This document shows, piece by piece, positions 63,754 to 64,000 of a stretch of DNA of 64,000 nucleotides. The notes below the pieces were generated by a model, which had not been told where the DNA came from, did not search any database, and worked only from the letters and a program-made list of their open reading frames with translations. Each line of letters starts with the position of its first letter. The first letter of the stretch is position 1. The stretch covers positions 367 through 64,366 of the forward strand of contig JAODNJ010000403.1 of assembly GCA_025465155.1 (NCBI GenBank), written 5' to 3'. The position numbers and the translations under genes were made by a program. Source of the DNA: Frankiales bacterium. GTDB taxonomy: Bacteria > Actinomycetota > Actinomycetes > Mycobacteriales > Geodermatophilaceae.

Positions 63754-63850
63754 TCACTACCCCTTGTCACTCGGATGGACGAGCACCGGACAGGAATTAT
63801 GAGAGCGGAAAGTGAACAATGTCCCCCTTACGGGGTGTTGGATACCCGTT

Positions 63851-63872
63851 GTTCACCCAGACTTCACTACAG
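63851..63872 (+). promoter_or_regulatory. PHO-box-like pair of 11-nt direct repeats
   Basis: GTTCACCCAGA CTTCACTACAG. A further GTTCACT lies on the minus strand at 63811-63817, next to a CATAAT -10-like element (63796-63801). Confidence 0.5.
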
Positions 63873-64000
63873 CGAACGCTGACGTCCGTTTCCTACACTA
63901 TGCCGTTTGCGTCCAGTCCTCCGGGGCGCGTGGACTGGACCAGAGGCCAGTGTCCGTGGGGCAGGTGGTGTCGGTGTGACTGCTGGGGCTGGCCGGTCCG

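Noticed and set aside
63754-64000. IdeR/DtxR iron box upstream of efeO
   Set aside because: No TTAGGTTAGGCTAACCTAA-like palindrome seen.

Overview
High-GC actinobacterial DNA that looks like two different lineages joined inside one gene. Left segment (1 to ~41.9 kb): gene content and protein style resemble Streptosporangiales, judged from recall rather than a search. It starts with the right end of a Wzy-dependent glycan locus: two co-polymerases, a sulfotransferase, an APH-like kinase, Wzy, a GH26-like hydrolase, a secreted beta-propeller, an atypical PAP2, a pseudo-Sat/CysC fusion and a methyltransferase. The core block follows: mfd, lipoprotein, mazG, [class A PBP, sulfur-compound ABC importer], eno, divIC, DUF501, ppx, [WecG/TagA], udgB, ndh-like, tRNA, BI-1, DUF4287, thiolase, SGNH, cbs, cystathionine lyase, vWA/chelatase-like ATPase. 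The tRNA sits at the bldA/leuX (tRNA-Leu UAA) position but its loop is CCTCAAA, giving anticodon UCA (opal-reading) with C33. Right segment (~41.9 to 64 kb): Amycolatopsis/Pseudonocardiales-like, with the mycobacterial-type hemH-inhA-fabG1-vWA-DUF58-moxR-ripA-acnA block. It also has three families of small intergenic palindromic repeats, two pseudogene scars, mgtC, and an efeO-efeB-phosphoesterase operon with no efeU and PHO-box-like repeats upstream. The apparent join lies in the conserved [28 protein letters not shown] stretch of the chelatase-like ATPase (~41834-41920). I saw no CRISPR, integrase, transposase or rRNA. All family assignments come from motifs read by eye; no searches were run.
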